The notes beneath the pieces were generated by a model. The model did not search any database and was not told the origin of the DNA. It worked only from the letters and a program-made list of their open reading frames with translations. DNA of 64,000 nucleotides from an uncultured Chloroflexia bacterium (GTDB lineage Bacteria > Chloroflexota > Limnocylindria > QHBO01). Both the position numbers and the translations under genes were made by a program. Positions 1-9,067 of this stretch are shown one piece after another (positions within the stretch are counted from its first letter, which is position 1; the number at the start of each line of letters is the position of its first letter). Where the stretch lies: the NCBI GenBank assembly GCA_963837425.1, contig CAWINH010000002.1, forward strand, positions 425,344 to 489,343. Reading direction: 5' to 3'.

Positions 1-1
1 C

Positions 2-2233
2 GCCGACGAGGTCGTCGCTCGCCGTCAGCCATTCGATCGGGAATACCGGATCGTCCGCCCCGACAGCGGTGAGGAGCGCTGGGTGCATGGGCTCGGACGA
101 CTAGAACTCGATGTCAGCGGCCAACCGCTGCGGATGCTGGGCACGATCGCCGACATCACCGATCGGCGTCGAGCCGCCGAGGCCCTGATCCAGTCTGAGC
201 TCCGCTACGCGACGGTGTTCGAGGGTGCGCTCGAGGCAATTCTCATCGCCGAACAGGAGACCAAGCGGTTCCGGTGGGTCAATGCGGCGGCCAGCACCCT
301 GTTGGGCTACACCCGCGAGGAACTCTGCGAACTGACGATCCACGACATCCATCCGACCGAGGCGCTGCCGGACATCCTGGACGACTTTCAGGCGAAGACG
401 ATTACCGGCGGCGTTTCGCGCTCAGTACCGTGTCTGCGAAAGGATGGCACGCGACTCCTGGTGGACATCAAGTCGTCAGTGGCAACCATCGACGACGTTC
501 CGTGTCTCGTGGGCTTCTTCTCGGACGTCACCGAGCTGCGGAGAATCGAGGCCCATGACCGCCAGCTGGCCAAGGCCATCGAACAAACCTCCGAGTCGGT
601 AATCATCGCGGATCTGACAGGGGCGATCCAGTACGCCAACCCGGCCTTCGAGCGCATGTCCGGCTATCGCCGTGACGAGGTCGTCGGGCAGAATCCACGC
701 ATCCTCAAGAGCGGAGCGCAATCGGCCGTCTTCTATCAGGCGCTGTGGCGCCGCTTGGTGAAGGGTCGGAGCTGGAGCGGGACGCTGCTCAATCGGCGCC
801 GGGATGGCGCGTTGTACGAGGTGGAGGCGACGATCTCGCCGCTCCTCGACGCCGACGGCAAGAACTCCGGCTATGTCGGCGTCGAACGCGACATCACCGC
901 GGTGCGGGCGGCCGAGTCCGCGCTCGCTGCCGAGTTCCGGGAACGCGCCCAGGTCGCCGCGGCGCTGGCCCGGCTGCAGCCCGGCCCAACCGCTGAGGCG
1001 ACGGCGACCGCGATCTGCGATGAACTGCTCGCATTGCCCGGCTTCGACATCGCGACGATCTTCGACTTCCGCGGCCGCCTGACTGCCGTGCCCCTGGCTG
1101 TCGGAGGGCCCGACGAGATGCACGTTCATGCCGGCCAACCGTTGCCGAGCAATCGGGCATCCTATTTGCACGAACGGGCGATGCTCGGACCATGGGCCGA
1201 GGAGTGGCAGGCGCGCATCGAGGATGGGCACTACGGCGAAGCGATGGCCGCACTGGGCCTGCAGGCGGTCGCCTATGCGCCGATCCGCCACGGCGATCGA
1301 CTGCTCGGCCTCGTCGCCGCCGGGACGAGCGATCCAGAATTCGCGCAGCACCTCATCGAGCACCTCCCGATCGTCGGCGAGTTCGCCGCGACGGCCAGTG
1401 CCCTGCTCAGCCGTCCACTTGAGTCCGCCCATCGGACTGGTATCGCCAGGCAGCGGATCGAGCGGATCCTGGCCGATCGCAGTTTTCGCCCGGTCTTTCA
1501 GCCGATCTTCGCGCTGGCCTCGGCCGAACCAGTCGGCTCCGAGGCGCTCACGCGGTTCGCGGACGGCACGCCACCCGATCAGGTATTCGCTGAGGCCCAT
1601 ACGGTGGGCCTAGGCCCCGACCTCGAACTGGCCTGTCTCGCCGCCGCATTGTCGGCCGCGGAGGCGCTGACGCCTGAGACCTGGCTGAGCCTCAACGCCT
1701 CGCCGGAGCTGATCATGCGCGGGCCAGGTCTCGGAAGGCTCATCCGTGCGCATTCGCGAAAGATCGTGCTGGAGGTGACCGAGCACGCCAAGGTTGAGGA
1801 CTACGGGGCGATGCGCAACGCCATCGCCCGACTCGGGCCAAAGGTCAGGTTGGCGGTGGACGATGCGGGCGCGGGTTTTGCCAGCCTTCGACACGTGTTG
1901 GAGCTGCGGCCGCGATTCCTCAAGCTTGACATCGCCCTCGTGCGCCACGTGGACCGAGACCTGACCCGCCAGGCGATGATCGATGGGCTGACCCACTTCG
2001 CGCAGCGCGCCCACTGCGACGTGATCGCCGAGGGGATCGAGCAACCGGGCGAGCTGGAGATGCTGCGCGAGCTCGGCGTGCCGTTCGGTCAAGGGCACCT
2101 GCTCGGTCGACCCGAGCCAGCCTCTACGATCGGAAGCAACATCAGGCCGCGCCGGCGCCGCAGCGGCCTGCGAAAGGAAGGCGCTGTGCCCGCATCCAGC
2201 CATCCCAAATTGGGAGCTACAGAGAAAGGCTGA
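2..2233 (+). CDS. Sensory c-di-GMP phosphodiesterase (PAS-PAS-GAF-EAL). The 5' end lies upstream of the window.
   Basis: The open frame runs from the window start; the first residues ...EYRIVRPDSGEERWVHG are the end of a PAS domain. Further PAS motifs, a GAF-like region, and a C-terminal EAL domain (QPIFALASAEPVGSEALTRF ... DDAGAGFASL ... EGIEQPGELEMLRELGVPFGQG) follow. Intact 716-aa ORF from the first in-window Met. Confidence 0.8.
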   Translation, partial: ADEVVARRQPFDREYRIVRPDSGEERWVHGLGRLELDVSGQPLRMLGTIADITDRRRAAEALIQSELRYATVFEGALEAILIAEQETKRFRWVNAAASTLLGYTREELCELTIHDIHPTEALPDILDDFQAKTITGGVSRSVPCLRKDGTRLLVDIKSSVATIDDVPCLVGFFSDVTELRRIEAHDRQLAKAIEQTSESVIIADLTGAIQYANPAFERMSGYRRDEVVGQNPRILKSGAQSAVFYQALWRRLVKGRSWSGTLLNRRRDGALYEVEATISPLLDADGKNSGYVGVERDITAVRAAESALAAEFRERAQVAAALARLQPGPTAEATATAICDELLALPGFDIATIFDFRGRLTAVPLAVGGPDEMHVHAGQPLPSNRASYLHERAMLGPWAEEWQARIEDGHYGEAMAALGLQAVAYAPIRHGDRLLGLVAAGTSDPEFAQHLIEHLPIVGEFAATASALLSRPLESAHRTGIARQRIERILADRSFRPVFQPIFALASAEPVGSEALTRFADGTPPDQVFAEAHTVGLGPDLELACLAAALSAAEALTPETWLSLNASPELIMRGPGLGRLIRAHSRKIVLEVTEHAKVEDYGAMRNAIARLGPKVRLAVDDAGAGFASLRHVLELRPRFLKLDIALVRHVDRDLTRQAMIDGLTHFAQRAHCDVIAEGIEQPGELEMLRELGVPFGQGHLLGRPEPASTIGSNIRPRRRRSGLRKEGAVPASSHPKLGATEKG

Positions 2234-2390
2234 CTCGTGCGGGCTGCGCTGGGGCCGATCAGAACGAGGTGCTATGGGGTGCGCAGCAAGGCGCTGCTGG
2301 AGCAGTTGATCGAGGAGTTGCGGGTCGTCTCCGGGGTCGACGTGCGAGTCACGTATCGCATACCGCCCACGGTTCGCTTGCCGGATGGGA

Positions 2391-2466
2391 TGGTGGAGAT
2401 GAGGGGACTCGAACCCCTGACCCCCGCGATGCGAACGCGGTGCTCTCCCAGCTGAGCTACATCCCC
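2391..2466 (-). tRNA. tRNA-Ala (anticodon CGC)
   Basis: The minus strand reads GGGGATGTAGCTCAGCTGGGAGAGCACCGCGTTCGCATCGCGGGGGTCAGGGGTTCGAGTCCCCTCATCTCCACCA. It has a 7-bp acceptor stem with the G3:U70 Ala identity pair, anticodon loop TTCGCAT (CGC), a TTCGAGT T-loop, and an encoded CCA. Confidence 0.92.
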
Positions 2467-2530
2467 ACGGGCATGGTCCGGACGGGCCGGCGGCGAGTAT
2501 AGCAGGGGTCTCGGAGGGTCTTCACAGACT

Positions 2531-2544
2531 AGAACATTTGTTCT
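2531..2544. promoter_or_regulatory. LexA (SOS) box AGAAC-N4-GTTCT (Gram-positive/Chloroflexi-type GAAC-N4-GTTC) upstream of imuA
   Basis: Perfect palindrome AGAACATTTGTTCT, 16 bp upstream of the imuA ATG. An identical half-site pair recurs before dnaE2 (10215-10228). Confidence 0.7.
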
Positions 2545-2559
2545 ATCATCGGTTGGGCC

Positions 2560-3402
2560 ATGAGCTTCCAGGCCGATGTCGCCCGACCCGTCCGACCCCT
2601 CCCCGAGCTCCTCGAGGCGCTGCGCGATCGCGGTCTGCGACGGGGGGTGGAACCCGGGCCGATTGCTGGCGCCGGCCGCGCGACCCCTGCCCACCGGCCA
2701 GCCGCGGCTCGACGCCGCGCTGCGCACCGGCGGCTGGCCGCGGGGCGCGCTGGCGTTCCTGGACGCCACCCCGGGGAGCGGCGCCACCAGCCTGGCGCTC
2801 GGCTCGCTGGCCGCCTGCCAGGCATCGGGCGGGGTGGTCGCCTACCTGGATCCGGCCGGCAGCCTGGACCCGGCCACCGCCGCCCGGCTGGGGGTGAACC
2901 TCGACTGGCTGCTCGTCGTCCGCCCGGCGGACGCCGCCGAGGCGGTGGAGCTGGCCGCCTGGCTGGCCCGCGACCGGAGCGTGGACGCCCTGGTCCTGGA
3001 CCTGGCCGATGCGGACGCCGTCGGCGCGCGCGCCCTGGACCGCCTGGCCGGGCTGCTCCTGCGCAGCGGCGGGGTGGGGCTGCTGCTGACCGGCGGCGCG
3101 CTCGACCCGGGCGGCGGAGCAGGCCGCCGCACGGGTGCCGGGTGCGGGTGACGCTGCGGCGCAGCGCCTGGCTGGCGGTGGGTCGCGACCTCGTCGGCCA
3201 GCGGGTCGAGGCGGTGGTGGCTCGCCATCGCTGGGCGCTGGCCGGCGGCCGCGCGGAGCTCGACCTGTTCTTCGCCGAGGGGCGGCGGACGGATGCGTTG
3301 CTGCGCGCCGCCGCCCCCGGTGGAGGAGGCCGCCGAGCGGCCGGCGCTCGCCGTCATCGGCGCGTGAGCCCGCGATGGACCATCTGGCAATCTGGATGGT
3401 AG
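2560..3402 (+). CDS. imuA: ImuA / ImuA' (RecA-fold SOS mutagenesis accessory protein); split over frames 1, 2, 1 by apparent indels
   Basis: Frame 2 (2576-3151) gives the ImuA signature LPTGQPRLDAALRTGGWPRGALAFLDATPGSGATSLALGSLAACQASGGVVAYLDPAGSLDPATAARLGVNLDWLLVVRPADAAEAVELAAWLARDRSVDALVLD. The C-terminus (VTLRRSAWLAVGRDLVGQRVEAVVARHRWALAGGRAELDLFF) is in frame 1. A LexA box sits immediately upstream. Confidence 0.75.
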   Translation: MSFQADVARPVRPLPELLEALRDRGLRRGVEPGPIAGAGRATPAHRPAAARRRAAHRRLAAGRAGVPGRHPGERRHQPGARLAGRLPGIGRGGRLPGSGRQPGPGHRRPAGGEPRLAARRPPGGRRRGGGAGRLAGPRPERGRPGPGPGRCGRRRRARPGPPGRAAPAQRRGGAAADRRRARPGRRSRPPHGCRVRVTLRRSAWLAVGRDLVGQRVEAVVARHRWALAGGRAELDLFFAEGRRTDALLRAAAPGGGGRRAAGARRHRRVSPRWTIWQSGW

Positions 3403-3403
3403 G

Positions 3404-3667
3404 ATGCGCATGAAGGTGACGATCGCCCTGCGCGACGAGGCGCTCTATCGGGCGGCTCGTATCCGTGCGGTGGAGTCCGGGCGCCAGATCCGCGACGTGG
3501 TCGAGGAGGCACTGCGCGAGTGGCTCGAACGCCAGGAGGATGCCGAGGACCTCGAGCTGGCCCGGGAGGCGCTGGCCGAGTACGACGCTGCTGGCGGCGA
3601 GGACGCGGATCGCTTCTTCGGGCGGATGGTGGCCGAGGGCCGCGTGACGTACGAGGCGAATGGCTGA
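3404..3667 (+). CDS. Type II antitoxin, ribbon-helix-helix (CopG/ParD-like)
   Basis: 87 aa: MRMKVTIALRDEALYRAARIRAVESGRQIRDVVEEALREWLERQ... This is an RHH fold with an acidic C-terminal tail. It sits directly upstream of, and adjacent to, a RelE/ParE toxin gene. Confidence 0.7.
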   Translation: MRMKVTIALRDEALYRAARIRAVESGRQIRDVVEEALREWLERQEDAEDLELAREALAEYDAAGGEDADRFFGRMVAEGRVTYEANG

Positions 3668-3670
3668 GGC

Positions 3671-3944
3671 GTGGCGCTCCGGGTCGAGCTCACGCCGGCT
3701 GCCGCGCGCCAGCTGCGGCGCCTTCGAGCGCGGAGGCGCTGGCGCTGCGCGGCGTGATCCTGGCCCTTGGCGAGGATCGCATCCTCCGGGGAGCGGGAAG
3801 CTGGCGGGATCGGAACTGTGGCGGGTCCGAGTGCGGATCGATGGTGCGCCATGGCGCGTCGTGTACCAGGTTCGCGAGGCGGAGGGCCTGGTGATCGTCG
3901 CGCGCGTTGCCCGGCGGGACGAGGCGACATACCGGCAGCTCTAG
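3671..3944 (+). CDS. RelE/ParE family toxin (type II TA), broken over three frames
   Basis: N-terminus VALRVELTPAAARQLRRL (GTG 3671, frame 2), middle PSAEALALRGVILALGEDR (frame 1), C-terminus GSGKLAGSELWRVRVRIDGAPWRVVYQVREAEGLVIVARVARRDEATYRQL (frame 0). Together these give the classic RelE/ParE architecture. Confidence 0.65.
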
Positions 3945-3982
3945 GTCTGGCAGGACTGCGGTCAATTAGTGGCGGATGCCCG

Positions 3983-5036
3983 ATGACGCGGCTGCTGGCC
4001 ATGGTCTGGCCGGACCTGCGCCTGCCGGATGCGGACGCGCGCCGTTCGAGCTGCGCTGGACCGGCTGGACGACCTGTCCCCGCGGGTCGAGGCGGTGGCG
4101 TCGGGGTGGTGCTGGTGGAGATCACCGGGCTGGGGTCGCTGCTCGGCGAGGAACGCCGGGTCGCGGCGCGGGCGGTGGCCCTGACCCGCGAGGTGCTGCC
4201 GCTCCCCGTGCGCTGCGGGGTGGGGGAGAACCGCTGGCTGGCGGTGCTGGCCGCCCGGCTGGCGCGCCCCGAGCCGGCCCGATGCCCCGGCCGCCTTCGC
4301 CGCCCTCGGTGGCGCGCGCGACTGGCTGGCCCCGCTGCCGCTCGACCTGCTGCCGGCCGATCCGGCCACGCGACAGCGCTTCGCGCTCTTCGGGATGACC
4401 GGCATGGGCCAGCTGGCCGCCCTGCCGCGCTCCGCGGTGGGGGCCCAGTTCGGGGCGCCGGGGAGCGGCTCCAGGAGCTGGCCCGCGGCGAGGACCCGCG
4501 CCCGCTCGTGCCCCGCCGCGCCCGGAGCGGCTGCCGCGCGCATCGGCTTCGAACCGCCGGCGGAGGGGGTGGGCGGCAGCGCCCTGGCGCTGCGGCGGGC
4601 CTGTGCGGAGTTGTGCGAGGCGCTCCGCACCCGGCACCTGGCGCCCGGTCGCGCCAGGCTGACCCTCATCCTGGAGGATGCCCCGCGGCTGGAGGTGACG
4701 CTCGCCTTCCCGGCGCCGGCGCTCGAGCCGGACTGGATCGCGCGGCTGCTCATCGGGCGCCTGGAGCAGGCCGCCCGCGCTCGGCGGATGGAGGCGGAGC
4801 CGCGGGTGGTGGCCATCGGCCTCGTCTTCGATCGCCTGGCCGACCCGGCCAGCCGGCAGCTGCCGGCCTTCGAAGCCCAGGCCGGACGCTGGGAGGAGCT
4901 GCGCTGGGCGCTGGAGCGGATGCGCGCGCGGTTCGGGGAGGGGCGCCTGTGGCGGGCCGTCTGTGACCGGCCGACCGCGATGCTCGACGAGCGGCGGTCG
5001 CGCCTCGTGGATATCGGCGCCGAAGGCTCGTCATGA
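3983..5036 (+). CDS. imuB: ImuB (catalytically dead Y-family polymerase-like SOS mutasome subunit), body; multiple frame switches
   Basis: MTRLLAMVWPDLRLPDADA ... RAVRAALDRLDDLSPRVEAVA ... VVLVEITGLGSLLGEERRVAARAVALTREVLPLPVRCGVGENRWLAVLAARLARPEP ... DWLAPLPLDLLPADPATRQRFALFGMTGMGQLAALPRSAVGAQFGAPGS ... EDPRPLVP ... ARLTLILEDAPRLEVTLAFPAPALEPDWIARLLIGRLE. This is a Y-family fold lacking the catalytic acidic residues. It lies downstream of imuA in the LexA-controlled cassette. Confidence 0.7.
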
Positions 5037-5287
5037 CCCGCCTGGTGGCAGGCCATCCGCTGGTGCAGGTGGAGGCGGACCCAGAGGGGACGCCCGTTCG
5101 CCTGCGGATGGGTGGCCGGACCTACGGCGAGGTGGGGATCTGCAACCGCTGGCGCATGGACGATGACTGGTGGCGCACCCCGCTGGCGCGCGCCTACTTC
5201 AAGGTGGTCACCCGCGACGGCCTGCTGTGTACCATCTACCTCGACGAGATCCACGGGACCTGGCACCTGGAACGGATCTACGACTGA
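5033..5287 (+). CDS. ImuB C-terminal module (DUF4113-like), 84-aa ORF overlapping the imuB stop by ATGA
   Basis: The sequence ...CNRWRMDDDWWRTPLARAYFKVVTRDGLLCTIYLDEIHGTWHLERIYD matches, from memory, the conserved ImuB C-terminal signature (WWR.P..R.YF ... W.L..I.D). It is intact and coupled to imuB, or separated from it by a frameshift. Confidence 0.5.
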   Translation: MTRLVAGHPLVQVEADPEGTPVRLRMGGRTYGEVGICNRWRMDDDWWRTPLARAYFKVVTRDGLLCTIYLDEIHGTWHLERIYD

Positions 5288-5430
5288 CCGATCACGAGCG
5301 CCAGCCAGGATCTCCAGCAGGCCGAAGAGGAGGTGTCGGAAGCGCAACACCGGCATCCGCCGCAGTGGAGCGGAGCGCTGAGCAGGGACCCGGCTAGTAC
5401 GACGGCCGCGAGCAGCAGGACGAGGCCCGG

Positions 5431-6114
5431 TCATGCCGCGATCGCGCACCCGCTCAGCGCGAGGTAGACGGGGATCCGCGCGAGATCCACCGCCATCGCC
5501 ACGCCGGTCGGGGTCGCCACGGCGCCATGGGACAGGTCGGCATGGACGAGCGCCGCCGAGCGGATGCCGCCCTGGTAGCCGACCAGCCCGCTGAACCCGC
5601 CGGCAGTAACCCGGCGACGACACCGGCGGTCCGCGGCGGATCCCGAGCCGGCGAGCTGAACCCGGTCAGGCCCGAGAAGCCAGCGAGCACGAGCGGGCCC
5701 CGAGCAGGATCCCGAGGCGCGGCTCCCGAGAGTCGCCTGCAGGAGAGGGCGCTCAATCCGCCCGCGGGACTCGCGGATCGGAGCGTGAGGAGCACCCGAC
5801 GCTCGGACGTCCGCGGACAACATCTTCACACGCGCATTGCCCTGCGCTGCGGCCGGCGGCGGGTCCGACCCGCTACATCCCCGCGGGCACCGTGTCGCGC
5901 GCCTCACGCCGGGGCAGGTGTCCCGATGCCGAAGCTGGCGAGCGCGGCGACGGCGGCCCACGGTGGTGAAGCGCCAGGAGGAGGACCCAGCCACTGGGCT
6001 GTGTAGCCGCCCGCGCCTACATGGCCTGCCGGATGGACCGGTTGTGGCCCGATCCCTGCGGCCAGACTCTCCCCGCGCCGTGCATTCCGCAGCTCGACGG
6101 GCGCTACCCGTCAC
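5431..6114 (-). pseudogene. Possible degraded TauE/SafE-type permease remnant
   Basis: Minus-strand fragments GPLVLAGFSGLTGFS and GGFSGLVGYQGGIRSAALVHADLSHGAVATPTGVAMAVDLARIPVYLALSGCAIAA (a repeated G-F-S-G-L-x-G motif) lie in two frames, with no intact ORF or start. Confidence 0.25.
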
Positions 6115-6152
6115 GGGCCGCGGCCGGGTGGATCGCCTGGTGTGGGCTCAAC

Positions 6153-6816
6153 ATGCTCACCAGCATCGACGGGCGCGCCCAGCTTCGCGGCACGGCGGAG
6201 GGGCTGGGCGGCCGGACCGATCGACGCCTGCTCCAGCTGTACCGGGCCGCATACGACGCCATCGGCTCCGGGGCCGGCACCCTGCGAGCCGATGACTTCT
6301 ACCCGCGCTCGCCCCGGACCTGGCTGACCGTCGCGCGCGCGACGGGCCGATCGGCGCAGCCGCTGGCGCTGCTGATCGGTGGTGGCGGCCCGCTGCCCAC
6401 CGAGCGGCGCTGGTTCGCGAACGCAGATCCCGAGCCGCGCGGCGAGCTGGTGATCGGCAGCACCAGCCCGCACGCGGTCGGGGCGCCCGGCACGGAGACC
6501 TGGGTCGCCCCCGGCCCGCGCCCGGAGCCGGCATGGATCCTGGAGCGCCTGGCGGCCGAGAGGCATACGCTCCTTCCTGCTGGAGGGCGGGCCCACCCTC
6601 AACGCCACCTTCCTGGCCTCGGGGCTCATCGACGAACTGTACTGGAGCATCGGCGCACGCCTGCTCGGCACCGACGCCCTCCCGATGATCGCGCCCATCG
6701 CCGGGGGCTCGCCGTACGCGGAGCAGCCGCGCGAGGGCCGGCTGCTCAGCGTGCATCGCGACGGGGATGAGCTCTTCCTGCGCTACCGCTTCGCTGCCGG
6801 GCCGGAGTGCGAGTAG
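6153..6816 (+). CDS. RibD C-terminal domain / dihydrofolate reductase family reductase (one frame switch near 6560)
   Basis: MLTSIDGRAQLRGTAEGLGGRTDRRLLQLYRAAYDAIGSGAGTLRADDF ... then in another frame SFLLEGGPTLNATFLASGLIDELYWSIGARLLGTDALPMIAPIAG...RLLSVHRDGDELFLRYRF. Confidence 0.65.
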
Positions 6817-6825
6817 GATCGGGCC

Positions 6826-7745
6826 ATGGGTGAGCACCGCCGCCGGATCTCGGTCGCCTGGGGGTGTGGGGGCACCTCGACAGCCTGCCCATCGCCGATG
6901 CTCGCGGCTATGCGCGGCGCGCCGAGGAGCTCGGCTTCGGGACGCTGTGGGTGCCGGAGACGGTGGGCCGCGAGCCGTTCACCCTGCTGGGGCTGCTGGC
7001 CGCCGAGACGAGCGAGATCCACCTCGGGACGAGCATCGTCGGCATCTGGGGCCACGACGCGCAGACGGCCCGCATGGCCGCCCTGACCCTGGCCGAAGCG
7101 ACCGCCGGCCGTTTCGTGCTGGGCCTGGGCGTCTCGCATCCGCACCTGGCCCAGAAGCTGCGCGGCCACGACTTCGATCGGCCCCTGACCCGGATGCGCC
7201 AGTTCCTGGCTGCGTATCGGTCCGCGGTGTACAAGGGCCCGATGGTGGACGGCTGGGCCGATCCGCCGGTCCTGGTCGCGGCGCTGCGGGAGCGCATGCT
7301 GACCCTGGCCGCCACGGACGCGGACGGCGCCTTTCCGTACCTGGTCAGGCACCGAACGGGGTGGCATGGACGCGCGACGGTCCTGGAGCGCGCGGGGGCG
7401 CCCGGTGACCATCGTCCGGTCCTGGCCGTCACCCTGCCCTGCGTGCTGGAGACCGATGCCGCCACTGCTCGCGAGTCAGCCCGTGCCTACCTGGCGCCGT
7501 ACCTGCGCACCCCCACCTACCACGCCAGCTGGGCGGAGCAGGGCTTCGCGGACCCGGACTGGGCGCGGGGCCGGGCAGCGAGCGAGCTGGTGGATGCCAT
7601 GGTCGCGTGGGGCGATGCCGAGGAGCTGCGGGCGCGCATCGGTGAGCTGCTCGAAGCCGGTGCCGACCACGGTGGCGATCATCCCCCTGGCGCCTGACGG
7701 CACCACCGAGCACCTCGCCGCCTGCTGGAGGCCCTGGCCGGCTAG
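6826..7745 (+). CDS. LLM-class (luciferase-like) F420/flavin-dependent oxidoreductase; N- and C-termini in shifted frames
   Basis: ADARGYARRAEELGFGTLWVPETVGREPFTLLGLLAAETSEIHLGTSIVGIWGHDAQTARMAALTLAEATAGRFVLGLGVSHPHLAQKLRGHDFDRPL... The C-terminus ELLEAGADH / VAIIPLAPDGTTEHL / LLEALAG* is spread over three frames. Confidence 0.7.
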
Positions 7746-9043
7746 CTACTCGAGCTCGATCGGGGGGGCCAGCCATCGGTCCCTCGGCAGGAGGGGCAGC
7801 GGAGATGGGCGCGGACATCAGCCAGCCCATGTGCCGGATGCTCGAGGAGAACAGGGGGTTGCCAGGTTGCCGCCCACCCCCGCGCGGCGGCACGACGAGC
7901 GTGGTCGTCATCCCGATGGCCGCGGCCGGACCGGACCGACCACGGCGGGAAGCCGACCGGCTGGAAGATGAGCGAGACGAGCCAGTCGTAGCTGCTCACC
8001 CGGGAGAGCGCCTCTGCCTGGATCCGTTGCTGGAGCACCGTGTACCACCACGTGTTGGTGAGCTCCAAAGCGACGGCCAGCGAGGCGAGCGCCGCCAGCA
8101 TGATGAACGGGACGGGCGGCCGGATCCGCGGGAGCAGCAGCAGCGGAATGAAGAAGACCGGCCCAAGCATGAACCCCGCGACGAGCGGGCGCGCCGGCCG
8201 CCAGCGCAGCGCCACGATCCCGCCGAGCAGGCCACCGGCTCCCTGCGCGGTCACCATCAGCCCCCAGCTGGTCGAGCCGCCCAGGGCGCATTCGCGGCAA
8301 CGACCGGTCCCAGCACGAAGAATGGCCCCTGGCGGACCTTAACGAGACGCCGAAGGCGGCGATCGCGGTGATGAACCAGCGCCGACTCGTCACCTCACGC
8401 CACCCGGCAGCCAGCTTCGGCCATGAACGGCAACCGGGGCGCCGTGGCGGGAGATGCGTGGCACGTGCAGCCGCAAGAGGGAGAACGCGCTCACCACGAA
8501 CGTTGCCGCGTCGATGACGAACACCCATCCGACGCCCACGGTGGCGACCAGCAGGCCGGAGACGGATGGACCGATGATCCCGGTCGCGCTTCGCGACGGC
8601 TCCATCAAGGCATTGCCCTGCTGGAGATGCTCGGTGCGGGGGCGAGCACCTGGGGCATGAGCCCGCTGGCGGCCGGGACGAAGAACGCGCTGGCCGCGCC
8701 GATGATCGCCGCGCCGCCCGCCAGCTCCCAGAGCTGGGCGGTGCCGCTGAGCAGCAGCCCGGCCATCGCCAGCTCAACACAGCCCGCGGACGACATCGGC
8801 GGCGAGCATCACGCGCTGCCGTGGCAGGCGATCCGCCCATACGCCGCCGGCAAGGATGAAGACCAGGCGGGGGACGGAGAAGGCGGTGAGGACGAGGCCA
8901 ATTCCCCCGGCGTCTCCGCCGAGCTGCAGGACCGCGAAGACGATGGCCACCGGGATGAGCGCGTCGCCGACCGCGCTCGTCGCCTGCCCAACCCACAGCA
9001 GCCGGAAAGGGGCGTCGTTGAGCGGCCCGAGGCGGTCGCGCAA
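7742..9043 (-). CDS. MFS transporter (enterobactin-exporter-like), fragmented
   Basis: N-terminus MRDRLGPLNDAPFRLLWVGQATSAVGDALIPVAIVFAVLQLGGDAGGIGLVLTAFSVPRLVFILAGGVWADRLPRQRVM. Later TM segments appear in ORFs 8605-8796, 8390-8608 and 7742-8257. Confidence 0.65.
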
Positions 9044-9067
9044 GCCACGGCGGGAAACGCATTGCTG

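Noticed and set aside
2560-2700. N-terminal 40 residues of the listed 280-aa ORF (MSFQADVARPVRPLPELLEALRDRGLRRGV...) taken as a separate protein
   Set aside because: The ImuA homology lies in frame 2 from about 2640 and returns to frame 1 near 3140. The 280-aa frame-1 ORF between those points is Arg/Gly/Pro junk. Treated as one imuA gene with two indels rather than two proteins.
3962-5623. 553-aa minus-strand ORF, plus similar long antisense ORFs at 12333-14390 (685 aa), 16949-19027 (692 aa), 22533-24251 (572 aa), 44129-46270 (713 aa) and 61725-63947 (740 aa)
   Set aside because: They lie antisense to well-supported genes (imuB, dnaE2, the PAP2/VIT block, carB, dnaK, the 7TM-HD gene). Their products are Arg/Pro/Gly-rich low-complexity sequence with no domain signatures. 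At about 70% GC, stop-free antisense frames are expected by chance.
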